Below, one piece after another: positions 1 to 10,475 of a stretch of 64,000 bases of DNA; position 1 is the stretch's first letter; the number at the start of each line of letters is the position of its first letter. Under the pieces are notes generated by a model. That model did no database searches. It was given only the letters and a program-made list of their open reading frames with translations, and had not been told where the DNA came from. Source of the stretch: an uncultured candidatus Brocadiaceae bacterium (GTDB lineage: Bacteria; Planctomycetota; Brocadiia; SM23-32); contig CAZNGS010000007.1 in assembly GCA_964572825.1 (NCBI GenBank), positions 31,716 to 95,715 on the forward strand. Direction: 5' to 3'. The translations under genes were made by a program, and so were the position numbers.

Positions 1-3000
1 GGACCGAGCAGGTGTCCGTCGGGGGCGTATGGGAAGACCCGGAACTGTGGTGGCCGGCCGAAGACGTCGACGACAAGCCCACCCTCTACCGACTCCGCAC
101 CATCATCAGCCTGGACGGTGAACCGATCGACGTGCACGAGCAGCCGTTCGGGTTCCGCGTGATCACTTACGACGGCCGGCAGTTCAAGCTGAACGGTGTC
201 CCCTGGCATTTCTGGAACTGGGTGGGCATCGGCGGCGCGCAGAACGAAGACGAATGGCTGGAGGCCTATTTTGCCCAGAACGACCGGTTCCACCGCATCT
301 CCTACGACAGCGACAGGATGTGGGGCTACCGTGAGCGGGCGCTGGAGTTTTTCGACCGCAACGGCGTGCCGGGCCGCCTCTCCATGTGCATCGATGGTAT
401 GTTCATCACGCTTGCGCCGCGCAATCCCCTGGTCTGGGAGAACTTCCGCCGGCACGTGCGGCAAACCGTGCGGGCCTACCGCAACCACCCGTCGGTGATG
501 ATGTGGAGTATCGGCAACGAGTACATGCTGGTGACGTGTCGGCTGGTATACGGCGGCCGATACCGCGAGTCCGAGGAGGAAGCCGCCGAACTGAGCCGCA
601 TCGCCGAGACGCTGGACCCCACCCGGCGCAGTTTCCAGGACGGCGGCGGGGACCTGGGCGGCCTGATAGGGATGAACTGCCAGCACTATTCCTGGCGCTA
701 CTCCCGGGGCTGGCCGGACTGGGCCTACAACTACCCCATCCGAGAAGGTGAGGCACCGGTGCCCCGACCGGTCGGCAACCGCCCTGAGCTCTACGCGTGG
801 GACGGGCAGATGCCCCTCATCTTCGGGGAAGTCTTCTACTACGCGGGCAATATCGACCGCGTCACATGGGTCGGCGGGCCGGAGGTCTATCGCGGCCGCG
901 AGAAGGCCGAGCGCGCCGCCGCCCATTACATGCGCATCTGCGCGGAAGGCGCCCGCTGGCAGGGCGTCACGGCCATCTGTCCCTGGGTGGGCCACCTGCC
1001 CGGGGCGGAGAAGTCCTTCGCCGCCCGGGCCGTGTTCGTGCGCGAACACAACCGCTGCTTCTATCCGAAGAGCACGTTCCGGCGCACTATCAAGGTCTTC
1101 AACGACACGCGCCACGACGATCCCATCACCCTCCGCTGGCGGCTGGTGTTGGGCGAGCGGACGGTCGCCGACGGAGAGCGGCTCTATCGCCTGCCGCCCG
1201 GCCAGAACCGGCAGGATCATATCGAAGCGGCCCTGCCGGACGCCGACCGGCGGCAGAACGGTCGCCTGGAACTGGAGCTTCTCGTGAACGGGGAGTCCGT
1301 CTTCGAGGACAGCAGGCCGGTCAGCCTGCTGCCCCGCCCCACCGGGGCCACGGGGCTCTCGGGCGAGGCCCTGTGCGTTTACGATCCCGAGGGGGGCATC
1401 CGCGAGTGGCTGCGCCAGGTGGGGCAGTCTTTCACCGCCCTGGAGGCCCTTCAGGAGCTGCCCGACGCGGCGCGGGTGCTTCTGGTGGGGCCCCACGCCC
1501 TGGACGAGGGCGACCGGGCGCAGAGCGTCGAGGTCCTCCGGGAGTTCATCACCGCGGGCAATGTCGCCATCGTGCTGGAGCAGGCGGACCCGCTCCAGGG
1601 CGACGAATTGCCCGGAGCGGACCTCAAGGTGGACCCCCAGGCGCCGAAGCGCAATCGGTCAGCCGATTTCCCGGGTCCGGAGCCCGAGGCCGGGCGCATC
1701 GCTTTCCCCACCGCACGCGCGCACCGTGTGGTTCGCGGGCTGGAGAGCTCCGACATGTTCACGTGGGCCGGAGACGGGACCAATTACCGGAAGGCGTATT
1801 CCTCCGTCGGCGCCACCGCTCTGAGCATTGTGCAGGCGGGGCATCGGCTGAATCTCTCGCCGGTAGTTCAGCTCGGCACCGGCGATGGGGCCTGCCTGCT
1901 CTCCCAGATGCTGATCGGCCGAAAGCTGGGGACCGAACCCGTGGCCGATCAGCTCCTCTACAACGCTCTGCTATGGGCCGAGGAGCGGGTGCATGCAGTC
2001 AGTCACCGGGCGGCCGTCTATGCGGCGGGGGACACCGCCCTGCTCGATCTGCTCGGCGCGGTCCGGCTCCAGTTCACCAAGGTGCACGAACCGGCCGCGG
2101 CCCTGAGTGAGCCGGTGGCCGTGGTGCGGGCCACACCGTCGGCGCTTCAGTGGCTGCAGGGCCACCGGGAACGGGTCCGACAGTTCTGTTCCGAGGGCGG
2201 CCGGCTCATGCTGCTGGGCCTCACGCCGGACGGAATCCAGTCGTTCAACGATCTGGTCGGGTTCCGGCACCGCATCCGTCCCACCTGGCGGGAGCTGGTC
2301 ACGCTGAACGAACGCACCGATCCCGTGCTTTTGGGCATCACGGACCGCGACGTCAACATGGACGGCCCCGACCAGGTCGCCCCGTGGTCCGGCAAGCACT
2401 GGAAGTCGGACCGCGTGTTCAGCTACGTGGTGGACGGACGCGAGATCGCCTCCTTCGGCGGGGCCGGCGACGGCGAAGCCGAGGGCGTCATGCGCGCAGA
2501 AAACAGCATCCAGATGATGACCAACGGCCTGACCAATGAGGACGACTGGCATTACATCCAGTACTTCGATTCCGAAGGCGCGTCGGTGACCTTCGATTTC
2601 GGCAGCCCCGAGACCATCACCCGCATCCGCATTAAGCCCAATCCGGGGTCCTATTACTTCCTGAAGGACGTGGCGTTTGTCTTCGGCGGGGATGAGGAGA
2701 ACCCGGTGGAGTTCACGTGTCGACAGGTCGGGGGATTGCAGGAGGTCCCCATGCGGCCCCGGCGGGCGCGGCGGGTAACCCTCCGAATGATAAACCACTG
2801 GCCCGGTGACTCCGGCAAGAACCTGATGGGCGTGGACCTGGTCGAGATGTACCGGGAACTGCCGGAGGAGCCGCGCATGGTGTTCCTGACCGATCCGTGC
2901 GGCCTGGTGAACTACCCCATCGGAGAGGGCGGCATCCTGCTGAACCAACTGGACTATACCTCCGAAGACACGGAAGAGAACATGGCCAGGAAGCGAAGTA

Positions 3001-3050
3001 CCTACGCCAGCCTGCTCCGCAACATGGGCGCCGCCCTGGGGAGCGAGTGA
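1..3050 (+). CDS. Glycoside hydrolase family 2 (beta-galactosidase/beta-mannosidase-like), 5'-partial; C-terminal F5/8-type-C (discoidin)-like domain
   Basis: ORF runs from window edge; FGFR...LNGVPWHF start of GH2 TIM barrel, NHPSVMMWSIGNE acid/base motif; N-terminal sugar-binding/Ig domains must lie upstream of window; C-terminal region resembles carbohydrate-binding discoidin fold. Confidence 0.75.
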   Translation, partial: TEQVSVGGVWEDPELWWPAEDVDDKPTLYRLRTIISLDGEPIDVHEQPFGFRVITYDGRQFKLNGVPWHFWNWVGIGGAQNEDEWLEAYFAQNDRFHRISYDSDRMWGYRERALEFFDRNGVPGRLSMCIDGMFITLAPRNPLVWENFRRHVRQTVRAYRNHPSVMMWSIGNEYMLVTCRLVYGGRYRESEEEAAELSRIAETLDPTRRSFQDGGGDLGGLIGMNCQHYSWRYSRGWPDWAYNYPIREGEAPVPRPVGNRPELYAWDGQMPLIFGEVFYYAGNIDRVTWVGGPEVYRGREKAERAAAHYMRICAEGARWQGVTAICPWVGHLPGAEKSFAARAVFVREHNRCFYPKSTFRRTIKVFNDTRHDDPITLRWRLVLGERTVADGERLYRLPPGQNRQDHIEAALPDADRRQNGRLELELLVNGESVFEDSRPVSLLPRPTGATGLSGEALCVYDPEGGIREWLRQVGQSFTALEALQELPDAARVLLVGPHALDEGDRAQSVEVLREFITAGNVAIVLEQADPLQGDELPGADLKVDPQAPKRNRSADFPGPEPEAGRIAFPTARAHRVVRGLESSDMFTWAGDGTNYRKAYSSVGATALSIVQAGHRLNLSPVVQLGTGDGACLLSQMLIGRKLGTEPVADQLLYNALLWAEERVHAVSHRAAVYAAGDTALLDLLGAVRLQFTKVHEPAAALSEPVAVVRATPSALQWLQGHRERVRQFCSEGGRLMLLGLTPDGIQSFNDLVGFRHRIRPTWRELVTLNERTDPVLLGITDRDVNMDGPDQVAPWSGKHWKSDRVFSYVVDGREIASFGGAGDGEAEGVMRAENSIQMMTNGLTNEDDWHYIQYFDSEGASVTFDFGSPETITRIRIKPNPGSYYFLKDVAFVFGGDEENPVEFTCRQVGGLQEVPMRPRRARRVTLRMINHWPGDSGKNLMGVDLVEMYRELPEEPRMVFLTDPCGLVNYPIGEGGILLNQLDYTSEDTEENMARKRSTYASLLRNMGAALGSE

Positions 3051-3108
3051 CACCGGGACGGCGGGGATCGCGCCTCGGGCGAATCTGCACAGGAAGGGAG
3101 CGGCAAAG

Positions 3109-4863
3109 ATGGTGCGCCAGGTGACGCTTGCGCTTGCGATGGCGGCCGTTCTGTTCCTGAATGAAAGCCGCGCCCGGAGGACCTCTGCCCCACCTGAAGG
3201 CGTAGAGAACACGGAGGCGCTGGAGAAGGCCCTCTTCCGCATCGACATGGAGCTCTACGAACGCTCCCTGCGGGATATCCGCGACTGGCTCGACGCCCGG
3301 ATCGCCGAATACGGCGAACTGGGGCTATATGCCTTCGGGCAGGGACTGAGCTTCAAAGAGGGCGAGGTCCACGTCTGCATGAACAGGGGGGGATTCGCGG
3401 ACAGCGCGGCCCAGTTCTTCCGTGCCTACGAAATGCTGGGTGAGCCCCGCTATCTCGAAGCGGGCCTCAAAACGTGTGACTTCTTCCTTCGCATCCAGCA
3501 GCCCCAGGGCCACATCCCCTACAGGGCCGTCATCCACCAGCCGGACGGGAGAATCACGGTTGGCTACCGGAACCGTGGATCAAAGCAAGTTCGCCTGCAG
3601 GACGGCGTCCAGTACCGCCCTTTCGCCCTGCTGCTCTATGCACATCGCCTGACCGGCGAGCGCAGATATATGCTCGCCGCACAACGCATCGCCGACCGGG
3701 TGCTGGCCATCCAGGACCCGCAGTTCGGTTACTGCCCCGATCAATACGATCCCGAGCACACCGACCGCACGCAGGTCCTCAAGGCCGGCAGCCCGGGCGG
3801 GATCGCGGTGGGCGGCTCCTACAACGACTATGCCACGACCGACGCCATGCGCATGGCCGTCATGATGTATCACGCCACCGGCGACAGGAAGTATCTCGAA
3901 CGCAGCGCGCGAATTGGCCGGTGGATTCTCGCCACCCAGATAGGTGAAGACCCGGTGCACGGCTGGTGCCAGCAATACGGCCCGAACAACGAGCCGACCA
4001 GGGCCCGCCACCACGAACTCGAAGTCATTCAGCCCTACGTGTTCAACCGGTTTGTCGGCCCCATGCTCGCCTGGTTCTACGGCATGACCGGCAGGCAGGC
4101 CTACCGCGCCATGTTCAAGGAAACCTACCAGTGGATGCGGTCGGTGGAGAAGGACGGGGGTTGGGCGTCCCACTACCTTCCCGATGGAACGCCGGTTTTC
4201 TGCCGCGATTGGGAGATCCACCGCTACGATGAACCGGAGAAGTGGAAGGAGAAATACCCCTGGGGCGGCTCCTACAGCCGGAGATTTGTGCAGCTCCGCG
4301 ATGCCAGCAGACTGCTTGAGCAGATGCATTCTGGCGGCCAGGAGGGTGTCAGGAAATGGTTCCACGGGCCGACGGAGTTTTCACCGGGCCAGTATCTGGA
4401 GCGGCAAATCGCCGCCGCCCGGCGCTGCGCGGACGAGGACCTCCTCGTGCCCCTTGCGGACTGCGGTGAAGGGCTCCAGCGGGTGGACGGCTGGCTGCCG
4501 GTGGGTAACGACCTGGAGCGGGTGAGGCAGCGGTGGGCCGGTGTGGAAGCCCCCGGCCTGGCGCAGAGAATCCACGGGCGGTCCGGCATCGACCGCCAGA
4601 CGTGGGAGCCCCCTCACATGATGCCCCATTTCCGGCCACCGGTCGGATGGGCTCAGTGGCAATACGTGTGGGACGTCAGGCTCGCGCTGGGCGATATCGA
4701 TGCCGAGACGGCAGCGAGCGGAGGTCGGGGTCTGGAGGTCCACCACGTGTGGGAGCCCTGGGACGTGATGGGCGACTGGACCACCCGCGCCCTGAAGGTC
4801 GAGAGATGGCTGGATGTGGCGCTGACTGAGTCCGCCACACGAAGCCGGGACAAGTTTCGATGA
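3109..4863 (+). CDS. Secreted hypothetical protein, possible alpha/alpha-barrel polysaccharide lyase/hydrolase (PL10-like?)
   Basis: 584-aa ORF with N-terminal hydrophobic signal-like segment (MVRQVTLALAMAAVLFL); W/Y-rich repeats typical of alpha/alpha toroid carbohydrate enzymes; family assignment not secure from sequence alone. Confidence 0.55.
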   Translation: MVRQVTLALAMAAVLFLNESRARRTSAPPEGVENTEALEKALFRIDMELYERSLRDIRDWLDARIAEYGELGLYAFGQGLSFKEGEVHVCMNRGGFADSAAQFFRAYEMLGEPRYLEAGLKTCDFFLRIQQPQGHIPYRAVIHQPDGRITVGYRNRGSKQVRLQDGVQYRPFALLLYAHRLTGERRYMLAAQRIADRVLAIQDPQFGYCPDQYDPEHTDRTQVLKAGSPGGIAVGGSYNDYATTDAMRMAVMMYHATGDRKYLERSARIGRWILATQIGEDPVHGWCQQYGPNNEPTRARHHELEVIQPYVFNRFVGPMLAWFYGMTGRQAYRAMFKETYQWMRSVEKDGGWASHYLPDGTPVFCRDWEIHRYDEPEKWKEKYPWGGSYSRRFVQLRDASRLLEQMHSGGQEGVRKWFHGPTEFSPGQYLERQIAAARRCADEDLLVPLADCGEGLQRVDGWLPVGNDLERVRQRWAGVEAPGLAQRIHGRSGIDRQTWEPPHMMPHFRPPVGWAQWQYVWDVRLALGDIDAETAASGGRGLEVHHVWEPWDVMGDWTTRALKVERWLDVALTESATRSRDKFR

Positions 4864-4986
4864 GCGTCGGAACAAAGCCCACGGCGTCCTATCCGAGTCG
4901 GCACGGGAGACGGCGCAGCTGCCGAGACAGGCGACCTGCAACGCGCGGATTCTATTACGCCGAGGCCCGCAGTGGTGGAGATAGAG

Positions 4987-5010
4987 GTGCTGGGCCCAGC
5001 AGGACTCGAA
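4987..5010 (-). repeat. Partial direct duplicate of tRNA-Met 3' end (T-loop + 3' acceptor strand), att-site-like scar
   Basis: tgctgggcccagcaggactcgaac matches tggtgggcccagcagggctcgaac of the tRNA at 5182-5210 (22/24); upstream half does not fold into a tRNA. Confidence 0.6.
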
Positions 5011-5181
5011 CGCGTGCCGGAGGCCCGTAGCATTAAAGGCGTGTCCGGTGATCTATCGGTAGCTGCTGTGCAACCGGGCGATTCCCATGACGCGTCGGTG
5101 CAGTCGGCGGTTTCCGCCGCCGGCTGCGCCAACCTGCACGGTGGATGGGCGTGGGCGGGCCCTGTAGTGACATTCAGAAAA

Positions 5182-5256
5182 TGGTGGGCCCAGCAGGGCT
5201 CGAACCTGCAACAAGCGGATTATGAGTCCGCTGCTCTGCCATTGAGCTATGGGCCC
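5182..5256 (-). tRNA. tRNA-Met (anticodon CAU), 75 nt incl. encoded CCA
   Basis: Reverse complement GGGCCCA-TA-GCTC-AATGGCA-GAGC-A-GCGGA-CTCATAA-TCCGC-TTGTT-GCAGG-TTCGAGC-CCTGC-TGGGCCC-ACCA folds as canonical cloverleaf with CAT anticodon. Confidence 0.9.
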
Positions 5257-5327
5257 GGACGGCGGATGTATGTCAGGGAAAGACCACCCCCGCATCACCT
5301 TGACTATAGGCCCGGGGGAGCCGAAAG

Positions 5328-6602
5328 TCAAGCGGCAGGCGCCCCGCTCGCCGGGGCCGGAAGCCTTCTGAGACGTACCAGCAGGCCCAGGATCAGCAGC
5401 GCAGCACCCGCCAGCACGAACGCTCCCGACACACCGAGGTAAGGCTGATCGGCCACCCATCCCAGCAGCGGGGCTACCACGGCCGCGAAGATCGCCCGAA
5501 GCTGCGATTGCACCGAGAGCACCGTCGCCCGCTGTTGACCCGGTATGAGGTCGGACATGTAGCCGATCGCCATCGGCTTGCGCAGGTTGTAAAGGGTGTA
5601 GAAAAAGAAGAACACCACGATGGCCGGCACCGCCAGGTCATGCTCGTAGAGCACGCCTACCAGACAGAACCCCAGCGCGAAGGCCCAGAACAGCCCGTTC
5701 AGCGCCCGCGCCAGGTCCGATGCCCGGTCCGCCGCGTGGCCGCTCAGGCGCGAAGAGACGAAACTGTTCATGTAAACAAGGAAGTACACCACGCCCACCA
5801 GCAGAAACGTGCGCTCGCGATCCGCCGCGGCCAACAGCACGGGCAGCCCCAGCGCGGCCGTTTTGACGATAATCTGCAGATAGTCCTTGGCGGCCTTGAA
5901 GAACGCGTCGAACACAGACTCGTTGACCACCACCCGGGTGAGATCGCGCGTCTTCCAGAGGGACCTGAAGCTATCCGCCGTGTGACGCCACATGGCACGC
6001 AGTATCTTCTTTCGCTCGGTTTTGCCGTCCAGTTCGGCGGGGTAGGTCAACATGAGCAAAAGTCCCAGGGCATAGGGGACCATGGTGGCGGGGAAGATGA
6101 TGTCGTATCCGCCCCCCAGGAAGGCGAAAGCTCCCACGCCGATCGCCGCCAGGGCCGACCCGAGCCGCGACATCGAGCGGGTGTAGCCGTAGTAGTGCAC
6201 CCGCTGGCCGCTCAGCCCCTCCAGGTCCAGGTGGTGCATGATCATGGATTTATGCGTGCCGGACCGGAACGCCTCGCCGGCAGCGAACAGGATCATGGCG
6301 GGCACGAAGGCCCAGAAGGAACGCGCGAAGGTGAATATGGCGAACGAGACCAGGTAGGAGCCGAAGGCCATCACCATGGCACGCCGTCGGCCGGTGACGT
6401 CGGCCACGATGCCGGTGGGGATCTCAAGCAGGTAGATAAAGACTTCCCGCATGCCGATCAGGAGCCCGAACTGGGTGTAGGAGAGGCCCCGGTGCTCGGT
6501 CAGGAAGAGCAGCAGGAGCAGCTCGAAGAAGCGCAGGTTCTTCAGGAATCCGTAGGCGGAGAACTTGAACAGCATGGTCTTCTGCGATCTGTCCAGCTCC
6601 AT
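5328..6602 (-). CDS. MFS (major facilitator superfamily) transporter
   Basis: 424 aa, ~12 predicted TM helices, MFS-like G-rich loop motifs (GRRRAM, RLGSAL). Confidence 0.8.
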   Translation of the reverse strand: MELDRSQKTMLFKFSAYGFLKNLRFFELLLLLFLTEHRGLSYTQFGLLIGMREVFIYLLEIPTGIVADVTGRRRAMVMAFGSYLVSFAIFTFARSFWAFVPAMILFAAGEAFRSGTHKSMIMHHLDLEGLSGQRVHYYGYTRSMSRLGSALAAIGVGAFAFLGGGYDIIFPATMVPYALGLLLMLTYPAELDGKTERKKILRAMWRHTADSFRSLWKTRDLTRVVVNESVFDAFFKAAKDYLQIIVKTAALGLPVLLAAADRERTFLLVGVVYFLVYMNSFVSSRLSGHAADRASDLARALNGLFWAFALGFCLVGVLYEHDLAVPAIVVFFFFYTLYNLRKPMAIGYMSDLIPGQQRATVLSVQSQLRAIFAAVVAPLLGWVADQPYLGVSGAFVLAGAALLILGLLVRLRRLPAPASGAPAA

Positions 6603-6710
6603 CTGCTGCCTCCCCGGGGATAGATTGGGAGAACCACGCGCTCCGGCGGGGACGCCGGAGCCACCCCAGAACGCGAGCTACCCCAGAACGGGCGGGGCTG
6701 ACGGATCGTG

Positions 6711-7784
6711 TCAGGACATCGGATGTGCGGCAGCGGTGTCGAACATGGCCACGATGTTCTCCGGCGGCGTGCCGGCCTGGATGGCGTGTGAAGGCCCCAG
6801 GATGTAGCCGCCGGCCCTGCCCAGCACGTCGATCCGTTCCCGCACCTCCTGCCGCACCTCTTCGGGCATGCCGAACGGCAGGGTCTGCTGCACGCTGATA
6901 CCGCCCTCGAAGCACAGCTCCTCCCCGTGCCGCTCTTTCAGGGCGACCGGGTCCATGCCCTTCGCGTCGAACTGCAGCGGCTGCAGCACGTCCACGCCCA
7001 TGTCGGTCAGTCCCGGCACGGCCTCCATCACCGACCCGTCGCTGTGGTAGATGACCTTCGCACCGAACTCGTGGATGACCTCGTTCATTCGCGCGTGATA
7101 GGGCTTGATGTTCTCCTCCCACATCTTCAGCGACATCAGCAGGCCCTCCTGTCCGCCGATGTCGTCTGCCGTGAAGACCAGCTCGATCTCCCCGCCGCCG
7201 GCCTCCAGGATACGGCGGAAGTACTCGGTGTAGAAGTCGCAGACCCGCTCGAAGATGGCGTGGGCCACTTCGGGATTCAGGGCCAGGTCCAGGAATATCT
7301 GCTCGAAGCCTCGCATGTACCAGGAGGACTCGAAGATGTTGCCGTTGCTGGTCATCAGGTAGTGCTGGTCCTCCCGCCGCATCCGGGCGATTATTTCCGG
7401 CAGGGCGGAGTAATCGTACCAGTCCGGGGACGGCCAGTCGTGCTCGTCCAGGTCGGAGGGATCTTCCGCATCGGCCAGCGGGTAGTAGTCGATCTCGTCA
7501 TAGCTGCCCGAGCCGTAGCTGACCGGCTTGCGCCGCACCCCCCACACGTCGGTCCGGGGCGGCAGTTCAGGCCCGACGTAGGGCGCATTGACATACTGAA
7601 TGTCAATCAGCGGCCGCAGGTATTCGTCCACGCTCGTGGCGCGCTCCCGCTGCAGGAAGTCCTCCAGTTCCGCGCGCGCCGGGGCGTTGATGCCCGAGCA
7701 GACCATGCAGATGGGCACCCGGTCCGTCGTCTGGTGGTCCAGCGCCAGGCGCACCCGGTCCCGGTGCGTCAATTCATCGTTCAT
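6711..7784 (-). CDS. Uroporphyrinogen decarboxylase (URO-D)-like family protein (MtaA/CmuA-type methyltransferase-like)
   Basis: Start chosen at [25 protein letters not shown] (classic URO-D-like N-terminus); ~357 aa TIM-barrel-sized protein. Confidence 0.7.
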   Translation of the reverse strand: MNDELTHRDRVRLALDHQTTDRVPICMVCSGINAPARAELEDFLQRERATSVDEYLRPLIDIQYVNAPYVGPELPPRTDVWGVRRKPVSYGSGSYDEIDYYPLADAEDPSDLDEHDWPSPDWYDYSALPEIIARMRREDQHYLMTSNGNIFESSWYMRGFEQIFLDLALNPEVAHAIFERVCDFYTEYFRRILEAGGGEIELVFTADDIGGQEGLLMSLKMWEENIKPYHARMNEVIHEFGAKVIYHSDGSVMEAVPGLTDMGVDVLQPLQFDAKGMDPVALKERHGEELCFEGGISVQQTLPFGMPEEVRQEVRERIDVLGRAGGYILGPSHAIQAGTPPENIVAMFDTAAAHPMS

Positions 7785-7939
7785 CGATGGCTCCTTCCCT
7801 GCTGAGGGCACGCCAGCGACAACGCGTGCAGGCAAGTATAGCAGGAAGGGCAACCCGCGCCAACCCACTTCCTTTGACAGGCGCCGCTCGTTCGCGAAAA
7901 ATGTCCCCGAACACATCCATCAACCCGGAGAGCGAGCTT

Positions 7940-10372
7940 ATGCGCTACGGCCATTTCGACGACCAGCGCCGGGAGTACGTCATCACCACTCCCCGCACGC
8001 CGTATCCGTGGATCAACTACCTGGGCTGTGAAAGGCTCTTCGGCGTCATCTCGCAGACCGGCGGAGGCTACTGTTTCTATCGCGACGCCCACCTGCGCCG
8101 TCTTACCCGCTACCGCTACAACAACGTTCCCCTGGACGCGGGCGGCCGGTATTTCTACATCCGCGACGGCGGGGACGTCTGGACCCCCGGCTGGCTGCCC
8201 GTCAAGGCGGAGCTGGACTTCTACGAGTGCCGTCACGGCCTGGGCTATACTGCCATCGCCGGGCGGCGCGGCGGCGCGGGGGCCGAGTTGCTCGCTTTCG
8301 TGCCGCCGGGGCTGGACTGCGAGGTCCATCGCCTCCGCCTTGACAACCGTACCGACCAGCCCAAAGAGCTGGACGTCTTCTCCTGCGTCGAGTTCTGCTT
8401 CTGGAACGCCCTGGACGACATGACCAACTTCCAGCGCAACTTCAGCATCGGGGAGGTGGAGGTGGACGGCTCCGCGATCTACCACAGGAGCGAATATCGC
8501 GAGCGCCGCGACCACTATGCCTTCTACTCCGTGAACAGGCCCATCGAAGGGTTCGATACGGACAGGGAGTCGTTTCTGGGGATCTATAACGGTTACGCCG
8601 ACCCCGATGTGCCCCGCAACGGGGAGTCGCGCGATTCCATCGCCAGCGGCTGGTCGCCCATCGCCTCCCACCACGTGCGCGTGTCCCTGGAGCCCGGCGA
8701 GGAGCGTTCGCTCATCTTCATGCTTGGCTACGTCGAGGATCCCGAAGGAGGCAAGTGGGAGTCGCCGGGCATCATCAACAAGGCGCCCGCGCGGGAGATG
8801 ATCGAGCAGGTGCGGAGCGACGCCGACGTCCAGGCGGCGATGGAGGAGCTTCGCGCTTACTGGGACGGGCTGCTGGACGCGTGCCGCCTGGAGACCGGCG
8901 GGGAGAAGCTCCGCCGCATGGTCAACGTCTGGAACCCCCGGCAGGTGATGGTCACCTTCCACCTCGCGCGCAGCGCCTCCTACTTCGAGTCCGGCATCGG
9001 TCGGGGCATCGGCTTCCGCGATTCCAACCAGGACATCCTGGGGTTCGTCCACATGGTCCCGCAACATGCCCGACGCCGCATCCTCAAGCTTGGCGCCACC
9101 CAGTTCGAGGACGGCTCCTCCTACCACCAGTTCCAGCCCCTGACCGGGGAGGGCAACGAGGAGATCGGCGGCGGGTTCAACGACGACCCGCTCTGGCTCA
9201 TCCTCTCCACCGCCGCCTACATCAAGGAGACCGGGGACGAGTCCATCCTGGACGAGCAGGTCCCCTTCGACAACGATCCGTCCCGCTCGGCCACACTTTT
9301 GGAGCACCTCCGCTGCAGCTTCTACCACGTGGTGGAAAACCGGGGTCCGCACGACCTGCCCCTGATCGGCCGCGCGGACTGGAACGACTGCCTGAACCTC
9401 AACTGCTTCTCCGCCAACCCGGACGAGTCGTTCCAGACCTGCGAGAACCGCGACGGGCGCACGGCGGAATCGGTGCTCATCGCCGGCATGTTCTGCTTCA
9501 TCGGCCCGGAGTTCGCGGAGCTGTGCCGGCGGCGTGGTCTTGCCGAGGAGGCTGCCGCGGCGGAGGAGCACATTTCGGCAATGCGACGAAGCGTCCTGGA
9601 GCACGGCTGGGACGGCGACTGGTTCATCCGGGCCTACGACGACGCCGGCCGGCCCGTCGGCAGCCGGCTGTGCGACGAGGGGCAGATATACATCGAGCCC
9701 CAGGGCTTCTGCGTCATGGCCGGGATCGGAGTGGAGGACGGCCGCGCCCGCCGAGCGCTGGACTCTGTCGGGGAGCACCTGGAGACTCCCTACGGCATCG
9801 AGCTGCACACCCCTCCTTACAGCGAGTACCACCTCGAACTTGGCGAGATCACCAGCTATCCCCCCGGCTACAAGGAGAATGGCGCCGTCTTCTGCCACAA
9901 CAACCCGTGGGTCATCATCGCCGAGACGGTGCTGGGACGAGGCGACAGGGCCTTCGACCTCTGCAGGCGCTTCGCGCCCGCGTGGGTGGAGGAGCGCAGC
10001 GACGTGCACCGGCTGGAACCCTACGTCTATGCCCAGATGATCGCCGGCCGCGCGGCGCCGCGCTACGGGGAGGCGAAGAACTCCTGGCTGACCGGCACCG
10101 CCGCGTGGGCCTACGTGGCGCTGACGCAGTACATCCTGGGCATCCGTCCGGACTACGACGGTCTGCGGGTGGACCCCTGCATCCCGTCGGAGTGGGAAAG
10201 GTTCACCGTGCGCCGACGGTTCCGGGGAGCCGTATATCGAATTGAAGTCCGCAACCCGGACGGCGTCTGCAAAGGCGTAAAGCACATGGAAATGGACGGC
10301 AGACCGGTCCAGGGCGACCTCATTCCACCCCTGCCCCACGGCGAGCACGTAGTGATCGTCACGATGGGGTAG
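7940..10372 (+). CDS. GH94 glycoside phosphorylase (cellobiose/cellodextrin phosphorylase-like)
   Basis: N-terminus [29 protein letters not shown] matches the conserved cellobiose phosphorylase start; FRDSNQD and (alpha/alpha)6-barrel-like C-terminal half; start taken at internal Met rather than 7787. Confidence 0.8.
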   Translation: MRYGHFDDQRREYVITTPRTPYPWINYLGCERLFGVISQTGGGYCFYRDAHLRRLTRYRYNNVPLDAGGRYFYIRDGGDVWTPGWLPVKAELDFYECRHGLGYTAIAGRRGGAGAELLAFVPPGLDCEVHRLRLDNRTDQPKELDVFSCVEFCFWNALDDMTNFQRNFSIGEVEVDGSAIYHRSEYRERRDHYAFYSVNRPIEGFDTDRESFLGIYNGYADPDVPRNGESRDSIASGWSPIASHHVRVSLEPGEERSLIFMLGYVEDPEGGKWESPGIINKAPAREMIEQVRSDADVQAAMEELRAYWDGLLDACRLETGGEKLRRMVNVWNPRQVMVTFHLARSASYFESGIGRGIGFRDSNQDILGFVHMVPQHARRRILKLGATQFEDGSSYHQFQPLTGEGNEEIGGGFNDDPLWLILSTAAYIKETGDESILDEQVPFDNDPSRSATLLEHLRCSFYHVVENRGPHDLPLIGRADWNDCLNLNCFSANPDESFQTCENRDGRTAESVLIAGMFCFIGPEFAELCRRRGLAEEAAAAEEHISAMRRSVLEHGWDGDWFIRAYDDAGRPVGSRLCDEGQIYIEPQGFCVMAGIGVEDGRARRALDSVGEHLETPYGIELHTPPYSEYHLELGEITSYPPGYKENGAVFCHNNPWVIIAETVLGRGDRAFDLCRRFAPAWVEERSDVHRLEPYVYAQMIAGRAAPRYGEAKNSWLTGTAAWAYVALTQYILGIRPDYDGLRVDPCIPSEWERFTVRRRFRGAVYRIEVRNPDGVCKGVKHMEMDGRPVQGDLIPPLPHGEHVVIVTMG

Positions 10373-10400
10373 CGGAAGGCCGATCCGGTCACGTGTCGGA

Positions 10401-10429
10401 TTGACGCGGGCCGCTCCAGCGGCTATTCT
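10401..10429 (+). promoter_or_regulatory. Candidate sigma-70-type promoter TTGACG-N17-TATTCT upstream of methyltransferase gene
   Basis: ttgacgcgggccgctccagcggctattct ~45 bp upstream of CDS start at 10476. Confidence 0.45.
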
Positions 10430-10475
10430 GTCCGTGGCCTTCTGAGTCGACGGACACATATCGGTTGCGGGAACA

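Noticed and set aside
4960-5181. Possible tmRNA or second tRNA upstream of tRNA-Met
   Set aside because: The segment reproduces only the T-loop and 3' acceptor half of the tRNA. I could not pair a 5' acceptor strand or T-stem partner. No tag-peptide reading frame ending in …AA-stop and no tmRNA pseudoknot hallmarks are visible. It is treated as a partial duplicate.
7781-10459. 892-aa minus-strand ORF antisense to the GH94 phosphorylase gene, together with many similar long antisense or alternate-frame ORFs (e.g. 1971-3248, 5508-6623, 12322-13809, 25641-27638, 27997-29100, 30941-33193, 33061-34302, 35196-36251, 36288-37577, 37766-39799, 39958-41808, 42415-44634, 46972-48393, 49994-51430, 51750-53495, 52924-54786, 55562-56470, 60464-62080, 62315-63565)
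   Set aside because: High GC (~67%) suppresses stop codons in non-coding frames. These ORFs are Arg/Gly/Pro/Ala-rich low-complexity translations with no recognisable motifs. Each overlaps a gene whose product has clear family signatures on the other strand or frame.
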